Positions 18,161-27,134 of a stretch of 64,000 nt of DNA are shown piece after piece. The notes below the pieces were generated by a model. The model worked only from the letters and a program-made list of their open reading frames with translations. It searched no databases and was not told where the DNA came from. How positions within the stretch are numbered: the first letter of the stretch is position 1; each line of letters starts with the position of its first letter. The stretch comes from Patescibacteria group bacterium (GTDB lineage Bacteria > Patescibacteriota > Patescibacteriia > Buchananbacterales > UBA6539), in NCBI GenBank assembly GCA_041662625.1, contig JBAZSB010000001.1, forward strand, positions 617,385 to 681,384. The letters are read 5' to 3'. A program made the translations under genes and the position numbers.

Positions 18161-20293
18161 ATGAAACTTCGACTTTTTTCCAAAAAACCTATGGCAAAAA
18201 AACTTCAAACAATCACTAAAACCAAAATTAACCCCAAAGTCTTAGCCGGGGTTATTATTTTAGTTGGCTTAATCGGCTTATCTTTCATTGGAACATCGCT
18301 CTTAAGCACAGGCGTCACTTTAGTTAACTCCAATACTAATGTTAACGACAACTCTAAACCAAAAATTGACCTTTGCAAGGCTCATAACGGAACCAATGAT
18401 TTAATCGCTTGGTATAAATTAGATAGTGCTGTAGATAATGTTACCCAAGACTATTCGGGGAATAATTTTGGGGGCATTGCTTCAGGCACTCCGGCTTTCG
18501 CCCCAGGCATTCCTGGCCAAGGTTGTCAGTTTGATGGCATCAATGATTATATTGCCCTGACATTTAAATATTGCGGCGGCAAACACTTAATTAATGGTTT
18601 AACCACTTGTGCTTGGTTCAGCACAACGGAAAAAACTGGCGTCAATTTTGATAATTGGGCTTTTATTGATTTTGATCGCACTCAATACTTCAGTTTTTTT
18701 GTCACGCCAACTGGTAAAATTGGTTTTTCTACCCACTCAGCTTCCAATAATAATTCAACCAATGACTTTTACAGCACCGTTAATGAAGAAGCTCCCGCTT
18801 TAAATGATGGCCAAGTTCATTTCGCTTGTGCGGTTTATAACCAAGGGACTAAATTAATTTATATTGATGGTAAAAAAAATGCCCAAACCTATGCTCATGC
18901 TGGCAAACCATTAGAAGGTACGGCTGACCGCTGGGGCTTCATCGGTGATGGCTCCCAAGCCACGGGGGCGGATGGTCTGCGATATAATAAATATTTTAAA
19001 GGGATGATTAATGAGGTCAGACTTTACGAAAAAGCTTTATCGGAAGATGACGTCAGATCACTTTATAAAGAAGTAATGATACCTACCTTAGATCCTTCTG
19101 GCCAGGTTAATAATAAATGTTCAGTCAGTCCAATCGATTCTGCCCAATGTTATACGGCAATTGATAGCGCCTGCACCAGCCAAACCATAAAACCAAAAGA
19201 TAGTTGCATCGAAACCTTTATTAATATTTATTTGGGTGATGATGCCGCTGCTAATAATGTCGCCGCCCTTGATCCCGAAGGTATTGGCGCCCCCTGGCCG
19301 CCTTTAGGTGATGATTTAATAGTAAAATACTGTATTTCAAACTTAAATTATACTCGAGCTAACCGGCCACTTTGTAAAAAGAATTTAGGCGGACTAGACT
19401 CATCAATCTTTGAAATAACTAGTAATGTTACTTTAATCAATAGTGCCCTAGCTAATTTAGGCTTGGGAGGAGCCAAATCAGGTGGCGCTTGTAGCTATAG
19501 TAGCTGTAATGACTGCAAAAGTTTAGGAACAGCTCTAGCTCAGGCGGCAGCCAGTTGCTCAAGTGGCGGTAGTTGCCCCAGTGATAAGGTAAAAAGTAAT
19601 TGTTCTGGGGATAAATATGTACTTTGTACTTTTGATGGTGGTTGGAGTGAATCAATGAAACTATCTGATTGCCAAGCTAAAAACCCGATAATATATTGCC
19701 CAATAACCCCAACTTGTCCAAGCACTGAAAAGTGTGATTGTAATTGGTTAGACCCTACGTACATAAAAGCTTCGCGATTTAGTTGCGCTCCTATTTTTAA
19801 AAAAGAAAATACCCAGTGCGGAGCAGCAAATGTTGCCGGTTCGGATGAACTTGTATGTAAACTAGGCTATGCCTTATGTTTCTTACCATCAGGTATGAGT
19901 CTAGCATCGGGTGCTCATGCTGGCGGCAATGCAGTGGATATATATGTTAGCGGCACAACTGCTCAAGATAAAATTCATCTTGGCCGCCAATTTCTCTATA
20001 ATATTGGACCTTCTGTCACGACTGAATTTTTCAAAAAACTAAGGGCTTTAAGCGAATTAATGCCCTGCGAGATTAAAGGATTAGGCGCAATAACTCCAGC
20101 AGAAAGAGTTCCAATGGTTCATCTTGATGTCCGCCAAAATAGAGGCTGCGTTTTCTATAATGTCACTTCCAAAACAAATCCCGCTGCTTGGGCTGGCAAA
20201 TGCGTTGAGGGCAGCTATCCCGAACTATTTTACAAATTTCCGCCTCAATCTCAAATAGATGCTGAAATAAAAAGTTGCGGCAACTACTATTAG
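18161..20293 (+). CDS. membrane-anchored LamG-domain protein fused to a C-terminal Cys-rich domain
   Basis: N-terminal anchor MAKKLQTITKTKINPKVLAGVIILVGLIGLSFIGTSLLS (paralogous to the 14597 gene); LamG block (LIAWYKLDS...GQGCQFDGINDYIAL...VHFACAVYN...LIYIDGK...INEVRLYEKALSEDDV); C-terminal about 350 aa Cys-rich. Confidence 0.8.
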   Translation: MKLRLFSKKPMAKKLQTITKTKINPKVLAGVIILVGLIGLSFIGTSLLSTGVTLVNSNTNVNDNSKPKIDLCKAHNGTNDLIAWYKLDSAVDNVTQDYSGNNFGGIASGTPAFAPGIPGQGCQFDGINDYIALTFKYCGGKHLINGLTTCAWFSTTEKTGVNFDNWAFIDFDRTQYFSFFVTPTGKIGFSTHSASNNNSTNDFYSTVNEEAPALNDGQVHFACAVYNQGTKLIYIDGKKNAQTYAHAGKPLEGTADRWGFIGDGSQATGADGLRYNKYFKGMINEVRLYEKALSEDDVRSLYKEVMIPTLDPSGQVNNKCSVSPIDSAQCYTAIDSACTSQTIKPKDSCIETFINIYLGDDAAANNVAALDPEGIGAPWPPLGDDLIVKYCISNLNYTRANRPLCKKNLGGLDSSIFEITSNVTLINSALANLGLGGAKSGGACSYSSCNDCKSLGTALAQAAASCSSGGSCPSDKVKSNCSGDKYVLCTFDGGWSESMKLSDCQAKNPIIYCPITPTCPSTEKCDCNWLDPTYIKASRFSCAPIFKKENTQCGAANVAGSDELVCKLGYALCFLPSGMSLASGAHAGGNAVDIYVSGTTAQDKIHLGRQFLYNIGPSVTTEFFKKLRALSELMPCEIKGLGAITPAERVPMVHLDVRQNRGCVFYNVTSKTNPAAWAGKCVEGSYPELFYKFPPQSQIDAEIKSCGNYY

Positions 20294-20318
20294 CATCTCA
20301 ATTAGCTCAATAAATAAA

Positions 20319-20365
20319 TGAGACCCCTGCGCTTACTGAACTACTTCAGCGCAGGGGTCTTTTCG
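20319..20365. terminator. strong bidirectional terminator
   Basis: GAGACCCCTGCGCttactgaactacttcaGCGCAGGGGTCTTTTCG; 13-bp stem. Confidence 0.8.
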
Positions 20366-20375
20366 CCTGAGGAAC

Positions 20376-20882
20376 CTACGGGTTGATCACAACATCGTGC
20401 AACCACCCCGAAGTGATCATCCTTTGCAGCCCGGTGACAAGGGCTGCGCGGTTGGCCTTCAGTGGCCGGAATGAAACGACCGTATATTGGTCGAACATCC
20501 GGCCTGCCCAGACAATGCCATTGAACGAAAGCTCGTCCACGCGCATTGCTTGCCAACCGGTGCCAAGGGCTCTGACCTGATCGAGTTGGATGTCGTCCAA
20601 CCCGTTGTTAATCAGGAGATACACCCTGCCATTACTGGCAAAAGCATACCAGTAGCTCTCAGCGTCTTCGCCCATATTCGGCGTGACAACCATCTGACCG
20701 TGGGCGATCTCTTTGGCATCGGCGAGCTCGCGGGTGCCCTTCTCACACTGATGAACAAACATCTCTCCGCGGGAGATGTTGCTTTCGGAGTAGACGCTAG
20801 GAAACTGATCTTGCGTCAACTTCGTCGTTGTCTGACACCCTGCCAGACAAGTCAGTGCTACTAAAAGTGCTATCTGCTTCAT
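20376..20882 (-). CDS. GC-rich lipoprotein of unknown function (lipobox LAGC), likely horizontally acquired
   Basis: SD GAGGAG then ATG: MKQIALLVALTCLAGCQTTTKL...; GC-rich relative to flanks; the ORF track gives a longer N-extension (to 20936). Confidence 0.55.
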   Translation of the reverse strand: MKQIALLVALTCLAGCQTTTKLTQDQFPSVYSESNISRGEMFVHQCEKGTRELADAKEIAHGQMVVTPNMGEDAESYWYAFASNGRVYLLINNGLDDIQLDQVRALGTGWQAMRVDELSFNGIVWAGRMFDQYTVVSFRPLKANRAALVTGLQRMITSGWLHDVVINP

Positions 20883-21037
20883 TTCTTGCTCCTCTAGCGG
20901 TTCAAAACCGCTTGTAGAATACAGTAATTCCGACAATTCCTGAATTTATCATTATACAATATTTTAAAAAATTTGTCAATATTAAAACAAAAAATACCCA
21001 ACAATTTAGCTTATTTTAGATATTTTTAATTAGTTAC

Positions 21038-21078
21038 CAAAACCGCCCCGAACTAAGTTGTGGGGCGGTTTTTTTATA
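21038..21078. terminator. bidirectional intrinsic terminator
   Basis: accaAAACCGCCCCgaactaagttgtGGGGCGGTTTttttt. Confidence 0.8.
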
Positions 21079-21094
21079 ACTAGCTGATTAACTT

Positions 21095-21508
21095 CTAATG
21101 TAAAGGAGGGGTACTGGTTGGCGTAGTTGTGGTAATACAAGCCCCATTCTGACAGCCACTTAAACATTTGTAATAATTAACTGATCGCAATAAGCCAGCC
21201 GGATCACCTAATTTACCGCAATACCACTCCCGTAAAGTTCCTGGCCTTAAAGTTCCAGCGCCATTACAGACATCTCTCTCAACTCTAACATAGCCGGTAT
21301 TATAAATTACCGTCGTCGTCCCGACTTTAAAATAATTTTGCCCCGAGTCTGTTTCACTACATGATACTGGTACAAGGGTAACTCCGGCTAACCCGCCAGA
21401 AATCATACCATAACCGACAGCCACTACTGCACCAATTGCAACGACAGCTACAGTGGCAAAAACGACTTTGCTAGAAACTCGGGTTTTAGTTTGGGTTAAA
21501 ACTGCCAT
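21095..21508 (-). CDS. small membrane-anchored, Cys-containing exported protein, unknown function
   Basis: 137 aa; N-terminal TM (VVFATVAVVAIGAVVAVGYG), 8 Cys in C-terminal half. Confidence 0.45.
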   Translation of the reverse strand: MAVLTQTKTRVSSKVVFATVAVVAIGAVVAVGYGMISGGLAGVTLVPVSCSETDSGQNYFKVGTTTVIYNTGYVRVERDVCNGAGTLRPGTLREWYCGKLGDPAGLLRSVNYYKCLSGCQNGACITTTTPTSTPPLH

Positions 21509-21538
21509 AGTTTTAAAAAATAAATTAGTTCAAAATAT

Positions 21539-22549
21539 TTAAATCGCTTTATTTTCCAGCCATTCCTGCATTACTGTCTGAATATCAGCCACACCGACCT
21601 GAGGCCAAGCTGCTTGGTCACCATCAAGTTTTGGCTTTTCCCCCCGTTCTTTCGCCGCCAAGTGATCATCGATATTTTCAATGCTGACCTTAGAAGCGGC
21701 TTCATCCATTAAATCAATAGCCTTGTCGGGGAAAGACTTATTTTTGATATGTTGGGCTGACAAATGGACTGCTGCCAAAATGGCTTCATCCGTAATATTG
21801 ACTTTATGGAACTGTTCATACTTCCTTTTGATCCCACGTAAAATTTGGATGGTTTCTTTCGAATCGGGCTCATCGATTAAAATGGGATGAAGCCGCCTGT
21901 CCAGGGTAACATCTTTTTCAATAAATTCTTTGTATTCCTTAGCCGTGGTGGCACCAATTACTTGTAAATCACCACGCGCTAAAGCTGGCTTTAGAATATC
22001 ATCAGCATCAATTGAACCTTCGGCTCCCCCGGCTTCGGCTAAAGTATGAATTTCATCAATAAACAAAATAATATTGCGCTTAGCCGCGGTAATTTCATCA
22101 GCAACTTTTTTTAATCGCTGTTCAAACTCACCGCGATATTTCGTCCCGGCCACAATTGCTGGTAAATCTAAAGCTAAAACTTTTTTTCCCAGTAGAATAT
22201 CAGGAACTTTTTTATCAGTAATTGCCTGAGCCAACCCTTCGGCCACGGCAGTTTTACCCACCCCGGATTTTCCCACCAAAACCGGATTATTTTTCGTCCG
22301 CCGGCACAAAACCTGAATGACCCGCTCAATTTCTTCCTCCCGGCCAATCACCGGATCAAGTTTGCCTGCTGCTGCCATTTGAGTTAAGTCCCGAGAGTAT
22401 TGGGCTAAAGTTGGTGTTTCTTTGCCAAGATTAGATAAATTAGTGAAATTAAAACTACTTCTTTTCCAAATAAAAAATAAAGCCGCCAAAATTATAACGG
22501 CAATAATTAAAGAATAAATTGAGGAAAGATTAAAAATCGAAAATGTCAT
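21539..22549 (-). CDS. membrane-anchored AAA+ ATPase resembling the D1 domain of ClpA/ClpB/ClpC (truncated, single AAA module)
   Basis: N-terminal TM, then [40 protein letters not shown] (Walker A), [10 protein letters not shown] (Walker B), sensor and arginine-finger regions typical of Clp D1; no D2 or middle domain. Confidence 0.65.
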   Translation of the reverse strand: MTFSIFNLSSIYSLIIAVIILAALFFIWKRSSFNFTNLSNLGKETPTLAQYSRDLTQMAAAGKLDPVIGREEEIERVIQVLCRRTKNNPVLVGKSGVGKTAVAEGLAQAITDKKVPDILLGKKVLALDLPAIVAGTKYRGEFEQRLKKVADEITAAKRNIILFIDEIHTLAEAGGAEGSIDADDILKPALARGDLQVIGATTAKEYKEFIEKDVTLDRRLHPILIDEPDSKETIQILRGIKRKYEQFHKVNITDEAILAAVHLSAQHIKNKSFPDKAIDLMDEAASKVSIENIDDHLAAKERGEKPKLDGDQAAWPQVGVADIQTVMQEWLENKAI

Positions 22550-22638
22550 GATACCATCTTAAAATTTAATAATTGATTTTTGACCCTAAATCCTTTACAA
22601 TAATTATACTATAAAATATAAGATAAAACAACAAAATT

Positions 22639-24153
22639 GTGACTGAAGTCGAAAGCTTAATTAAAATTCTCAAAGAAGGCAACAAAGAAAATAATAAAAC
22701 GCCAATTTTTCCTCATTTCCGACGGAAAAATCCGGAGTATGATTTAGATTTGATCAGATTGGCTTATGATTACGCCCAAAAAGCTCATGAAGGCCAAACG
22801 CGCAAGTCCGGTGAACCTTATATCGAGCACCCTTTGGCCACAGCGACTAAATTGGCAGAAATGGGCATGGATCAGGCAACAATCATTGCCGGCTTGCTTC
22901 ATGATGTTCCGGAAGATACTAATTATAGTTTAGTTGATATCGAAAAAAACTTTGGCCCCGAAGTGGCCAAACTCGTAGGCGGCATCAGCAAATTGGGCAT
23001 CATTAAATATCGCGGAATTGAAAAATATGCTGAGAATTTAAGAAAAATGTTTGTTTCCATGGCTGAAGATATCCGCATCATTCTGATTAAGATGGCCGAC
23101 CGGCTCCATAACTTGAAAACTCTTGGGTCTCTACCAAAAGAAAAACAAAAAAGAATTGCCCAGGAAAGTTTGGAAATTTATGCCCCGATTGCCAATCGCC
23201 TCGGCATGGGCCAAATCAAGGGCGAGTTTGAAGACCTGGCCTTCCCCTATGTCTACCCGGAAAAATATGAATGGATGAAAAAAGAAATCTTACCTAAAAT
23301 TGAAGTCCGGATGGAATATATCCAAAAAGTAATCAAGGTGGTAAAAAAAGAATTGGAAATTCAGAAGATTAAAGTTATCTCCCTCCATGGTCGGGCTAAA
23401 CGGCTTTATAGTCTTTATCACAAACTGGCTAAACCTCACTACGATGGCGACGTTTCAAAAATTTATGACTTGGTCGCTTTAAGAATTATTGTCCCCACCA
23501 TTTCTGATTGCTATCAAGTGCTGGGGATTATTCATAAACTTTGGAAACCACTCCCCGGCCGGATCAAGGATTATATCGCCCAACCCAAACCCAATGGTTA
23601 CCAATCACTTCATTCAACTGTCTTTTGCCTTGACGGAAAAATTGTTGAGTTTCAAATTAGGACACCGGAAATGCATGAACAAGCCGAGTATGGTATCGCC
23701 GCCCACTGGCATTATAAAGAAACGGAAAAGGGACCAAAAAATTTAGGCGATAAAGGCCACACTTTACCTAAAAAATTCCAATGGGTCCAAGATCTGGTTA
23801 ATTGGCAAAAAGAGATTCAAGATAACCAACAATATTTACAATCGTTGGCCATTGATTTTTTCAAAAACCGGATTTTTGTCTTTACCCCCCAAGGCGATGT
23901 TATTGATCTGCCCGAAGAAGCCACCCCGGTTGATTTTGCTTACCATGTTCATACCTGGATTGGCGATCATTGTACGGGTGCCAAAGTCAATAATCAGATG
24001 GTCAGCTTGGAGGCTAAACTAAAAAACGGCGACGTCATTGAAATCATCACCGATAAAAATCGTAAAGGTCCCAGTCATGACTGGCTAAAATTTGCTAAAA
24101 CTTCGGCGGCTAAAGGTAAAATCAGGTCTGGGGCCGATAAAATAAAAAAATAA
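22639..24153 (+). CDS. rel: bifunctional (p)ppGpp synthetase/hydrolase, short Rel/SpoT homolog (HD + synthetase + TGS)
   Basis: HD domain (HPLATATKLAE...HDVPEDT), RelA_SpoT synthetase (RAKRLYSLYHK...DLVALRIIV...GYQSLHSTV), TGS-like C-terminus; GTG/TTG start. Confidence 0.85.
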   Translation: MTEVESLIKILKEGNKENNKTPIFPHFRRKNPEYDLDLIRLAYDYAQKAHEGQTRKSGEPYIEHPLATATKLAEMGMDQATIIAGLLHDVPEDTNYSLVDIEKNFGPEVAKLVGGISKLGIIKYRGIEKYAENLRKMFVSMAEDIRIILIKMADRLHNLKTLGSLPKEKQKRIAQESLEIYAPIANRLGMGQIKGEFEDLAFPYVYPEKYEWMKKEILPKIEVRMEYIQKVIKVVKKELEIQKIKVISLHGRAKRLYSLYHKLAKPHYDGDVSKIYDLVALRIIVPTISDCYQVLGIIHKLWKPLPGRIKDYIAQPKPNGYQSLHSTVFCLDGKIVEFQIRTPEMHEQAEYGIAAHWHYKETEKGPKNLGDKGHTLPKKFQWVQDLVNWQKEIQDNQQYLQSLAIDFFKNRIFVFTPQGDVIDLPEEATPVDFAYHVHTWIGDHCTGAKVNNQMVSLEAKLKNGDVIEIITDKNRKGPSHDWLKFAKTSAAKGKIRSGADKIKK

Positions 24154-24209
24154 GAAATTAAAAAATTAAATGCTTTTTGATTTCTTATTTTTTTATTTTC
24201 TTAATCTGG

Positions 24210-25073
24210 TTAACCTACAATTTTTCTGATAACCTCTTCCAACTCCTCACTGGAATAAAATTCAATAGTAATTGTTCCGGCTTCGCCGGATTTTTTAACT
24301 GTCACTTTAGTCCCTAATACCCCTTGTAATTTTTCTTCCAGATCAGTAATATTTGGATCTTTGGCCTGACGAAAATGCCGCTTAACCACGACTTTTCTGG
24401 CCTGACCTTCAACTGCCCGAACCGTTAGATCCTGCTTCAAAACTTTTTGAAAAAAATTCATCCTTTCCTGCGGCGGCAGACCGGCAATTATGCGGGCCGT
24501 ACTATAATTAATCTTCCCATTGATTAAGGCTTTCTGAATTTCACTAGACAAAGTCAATAAACGCAAAGTATTAGCTACGACCGAACGATTCTTACCCACT
24601 TTTTTGGCTACTTCCTCTTGGGTTAAATTAAATTCATCAATTAACCTTTGGAAAGCCACGGCTTCTTCAATTGAGTTTAAATCTTTACGCTGCAAATTTT
24701 CTACTAAGGCTAATTCCAGTTTTTGCTGTTCTTTGATATCGCGAATAATCGCCGGCACGGTTTTAAATTCTAAAAATTGAGCGGCCCGCAAACGACGTTC
24801 GCCCGCAATCACTTCGTAACCATCTGACGTGGCAGTTAAAATCAATGGCTGCAAAATCCCATGCTCTTTAAGGGAATTAATCAATTCTTCCATGCTCTCA
24901 TAACTAAAGTCAGAACGGGGTTGCTGAGGGTTAGCTTTAATTTTAGCGATTGGCACCCTCGCTATCATTTCCTCATCAGGTAAAACTTCGGAATCCTTAG
25001 AAATGATTTTTTTATCAATTTTTGGCGGGATTAAGGAGCTGAGTCCTTTGCCCAAGCCGGTCGTCTTTGACAT
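24210..25073 (-). CDS. parB: chromosome partitioning protein ParB/Spo0J
   Basis: ParB box IAGERRLRAAQ, HTH region, 287 aa. Confidence 0.9.
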   Translation of the reverse strand: MSKTTGLGKGLSSLIPPKIDKKIISKDSEVLPDEEMIARVPIAKIKANPQQPRSDFSYESMEELINSLKEHGILQPLILTATSDGYEVIAGERRLRAAQFLEFKTVPAIIRDIKEQQKLELALVENLQRKDLNSIEEAVAFQRLIDEFNLTQEEVAKKVGKNRSVVANTLRLLTLSSEIQKALINGKINYSTARIIAGLPPQERMNFFQKVLKQDLTVRAVEGQARKVVVKRHFRQAKDPNITDLEEKLQGVLGTKVTVKKSGEAGTITIEFYSSEELEEVIRKIVG

Positions 25074-25077
25074 AATT

Positions 25078-25178
25078 TTGAATTTTTAATTTTGAATTTC
25101 GAATCAATTTCGAATATTAGAATATTAAATATTGAATTAAAATTCAAAATTCGAAATTATTTATTGATAAATTTGATT
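25078..25178. repeat. AT-rich palindromic intergenic element between parB and parA (AATATT / GAATTT motifs)
   Basis: tttgaatttcgaatcaatttcgaatattagaatattaaatattgaattaaaattcaaaattcgaaatt; shares aatattagaatatt..gaattaaaatt with 56335-56432. Confidence 0.55.
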
Positions 25179-25949
25179 CTAAATTAGATTCTCTAAAGTA
25201 ATAATCTCTCTCGCTAAATCTTCATACGCCTTCCCACCAGCAGAGCGGGCATCGTACGATAAAATTGATTGGCCAAAACTGGGCGCTTCAGTCAACCGGA
25301 CATTACGCGGCACTACCGTGGAAAATAAGCGGTGCGGGAAATGCTGTTTTAACTCGTTCAAAACCTGGCCGGAAAGCTTGTTACGCTTATCATAAAGAGT
25401 GACGAGGGCACCTAAAATCTCCAGGTTTGGCTTTAAGTTTTCTTTCACTAAACTAATAGTATTTAATAATTGGCTCAAGCCCTCTAAAGCTAGATATTCG
25501 GCCTGGACTGGAATTAAAACTTCATCAGCCGCCACTAATCCATTTATCGTCAGTAAATCCAAAGAAGGCGGACAATCGATAATGATATAATCGTAATCAT
25601 TGGTTACTTCAAGCAAAGAATGATGCAGTTTAAACTCTCGGTCATCCAAATTTACCAGTTCCACCCTCGCCCCGGCTAAATCCGGTGTCGCCGGCGCGAT
25701 TTTATAGCCCTGATGATTAGTCCCTTTGATAATCTCCCGAAAAGAAACTGGCTCAATCAAGGCATGATAAACTCCTTTATCCAGCTGATTAGGATTAAGC
25801 CCTAAGCTTGAAGTGGCATTAGCCTGCGGATCAGCATCAACCAATAAAACAAACTTACCCAGCCAAGCCAGATAAGCACCTAAATTAATCGCTGTAGTTG
25901 TCTTGCCGACTCCTCCTTTTTGATTAACAATGGCGATTGTTCGTGACAT
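25179..25949 (-). CDS. parA: chromosome partitioning ATPase ParA/Soj
   Basis: Deviant Walker A IAIVNQKGGVGKTTTAINLGAYLA; 256 aa. Confidence 0.9.
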   Translation of the reverse strand: MSRTIAIVNQKGGVGKTTTAINLGAYLAWLGKFVLLVDADPQANATSSLGLNPNQLDKGVYHALIEPVSFREIIKGTNHQGYKIAPATPDLAGARVELVNLDDREFKLHHSLLEVTNDYDYIIIDCPPSLDLLTINGLVAADEVLIPVQAEYLALEGLSQLLNTISLVKENLKPNLEILGALVTLYDKRNKLSGQVLNELKQHFPHRLFSTVVPRNVRLTEAPSFGQSILSYDARSAGGKAYEDLAREIITLENLI

Positions 25950-26012
25950 ACCTTAATTATAATAAAAAAATTCATCTTTGACAATTAAAGATTTTTTTAT
26001 TATACTAAAATT

Positions 26013-26096
26013 TGAGTTATTAGCCCGGGTGGCGGAATTGGTAGACGCGCACGACTCAAAATCGTGTGGACTTCGGTCCATGAGAGTTCGATTCTC
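26013..26096 (+). tRNA. tRNA-Leu (anticodon CAA)
   Basis: GCCCGGGTGGCGGAATTGGTAGACGCGCACGACTCAAAATCGTGTGGACTTCGGTCCATGAGAGTTCGATTCTCTCCTCGGGCA; long variable arm; no CCA. Confidence 0.85.
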
Positions 26097-26173
26097 TCCT
26101 CGGGCATAAATTGACACCTTTGACACCTAGCGAAAAATGGATTATCATAAGGAAGTTAATTACTTATATTCGA

Positions 26174-26248
26174 CGCGGGATAGAGCAGTAGCAGCTCGCC
26201 AGGCCCATAACCTGGAGGTCGGGGGTGCAAATCCCCCTCCCGCAACCA
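26174..26248 (+). tRNA. initiator tRNA-fMet (anticodon CAT)
   Basis: CGCGGGATAGAGCAGTAGCAGCTCGCCAGGCCCATAACCTGGAGGTCGGGGGTGCAAATCCCCCTCCCGCAACCA; C1:A72 mismatch and A11:U24 typical of bacterial initiators; 3' end ...CCCGCAACCA like E. coli tRNAfMet. Confidence 0.8.
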
Positions 26249-26275
26249 AGAAGTATTTTAGATAATTCAATGAGA

Positions 26276-26404
26276 CCAGGCCCATAACCTGGAGGTCGGG
26301 GGTGTCCCGACGCACATTATTTGTAATATTAATAAAGAAGTCGGGATCCCGATGATATTTAGAAATAAATTAAGGAATCGGGACAAATCCCCCTCCCGCA
26401 ACCA
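26276..26404 (+). pseudogene. partial duplicate of tRNA-fMet (anticodon stem to 3' end) carrying an ~80-nt structured insertion in the T-loop
   Basis: ccaggcccataacctggaggtcgggggtg [tcccgacgcaca...gtcgggatcccgat...aatcgggac] aaatccccctcccgcaacca; no 5' acceptor or D-arm upstream; insertion bounded by GTCCCGAC / ATCGGGAC inverted repeats. Confidence 0.7.
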
Positions 26405-26405
26405 A

Positions 26406-26482
26406 GGCGAGGTAGCTCAGTTGGTTAGAGCGAAGGAATCATAACCCTTAGGTCGTGGGTTCGACTCCCACCCTCGCTACCA
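26406..26482 (+). tRNA. elongator tRNA with CAT anticodon (tRNA-Met or tRNA-Ile2/lysidine)
   Basis: GGCGAGGTAGCTCAGTTGGTTAGAGCGAAGGAATCATAACCCTTAGGTCGTGGGTTCGACTCCCACCCTCGCTACCA; G1-U72, CCA encoded. Confidence 0.8.
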
Positions 26483-26600
26483 AATTTAGTTAATTTTAGC
26501 AAAAATCCCTCCAGACAGGGGTTTTTTATTGCTTGATAAAAAATTTTCTGTTAAAATTAAAGATATAGACTAATAATTATTTTAGAGTGAAAAATTATTT

Positions 26601-27074
26601 ATGATTCTAACTGTTCATGCTGCCGCCGGGGTGTTAATTGGCAGTTTTATCAACCAGTCACCAATCGCTTTTTTGGTAGGCTTCGTTTCCCATTCTTTTC
26701 TCGATATGCTCCCCCATGATGATAGTGACATCCATTCCAAAGGCCACACCGTCAAATCATTAAAAAAATTATACTTTAATAAAATTATCGGCCTGATTTA
26801 TCTTGATGTCTGCCTGGCAATAATTGTGGCAGCGGCTTTGTTTACCAATAATGCCCATTTTATCACCCGGCCAATTATTTGGGGGATCATCGGCTCGATT
26901 CTACCGGATGTTTTGCAGGCGCTTAGCTTTTTGCAGCCCAAAAATCGGGTTTTGAAAAAATTTAATGGATTTCATAGCCTTATTCATTATTCTCCCAAAA
27001 ACCCTATCTCTTTAGTTATGGGCCATACTATTCAAATAGTTACGTTAATAATCCTAATTAATCCACTGATATAG
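26601..27074 (+). CDS. membrane-bound metal-dependent hydrolase-like protein (YdjM/DUF457-like), paralog 1
   Basis: MILTVHAAAGVLIGSF...FVSHSFLDMLPHDD...ILPDVLQA; 4 TM; tandem paralog follows. Confidence 0.45.
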   Translation: MILTVHAAAGVLIGSFINQSPIAFLVGFVSHSFLDMLPHDDSDIHSKGHTVKSLKKLYFNKIIGLIYLDVCLAIIVAAALFTNNAHFITRPIIWGIIGSILPDVLQALSFLQPKNRVLKKFNGFHSLIHYSPKNPISLVMGHTIQIVTLIILINPLI

Positions 27075-27134
27075 TTAATATAAATTAGTTAATAAATTAA
27101 GCCGTTAAATTTAACGGCTTTAATTAATTAAGCA

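Noticed and set aside
20341-20864. ORFs 20341-20556(-), 20383-20580(+), 20487-20864(+) overlapping the GC-rich lipoprotein gene
   Set aside because: Alternative frames in GC-rich DNA. The lipoprotein frame has SD + signal peptide + lipobox.
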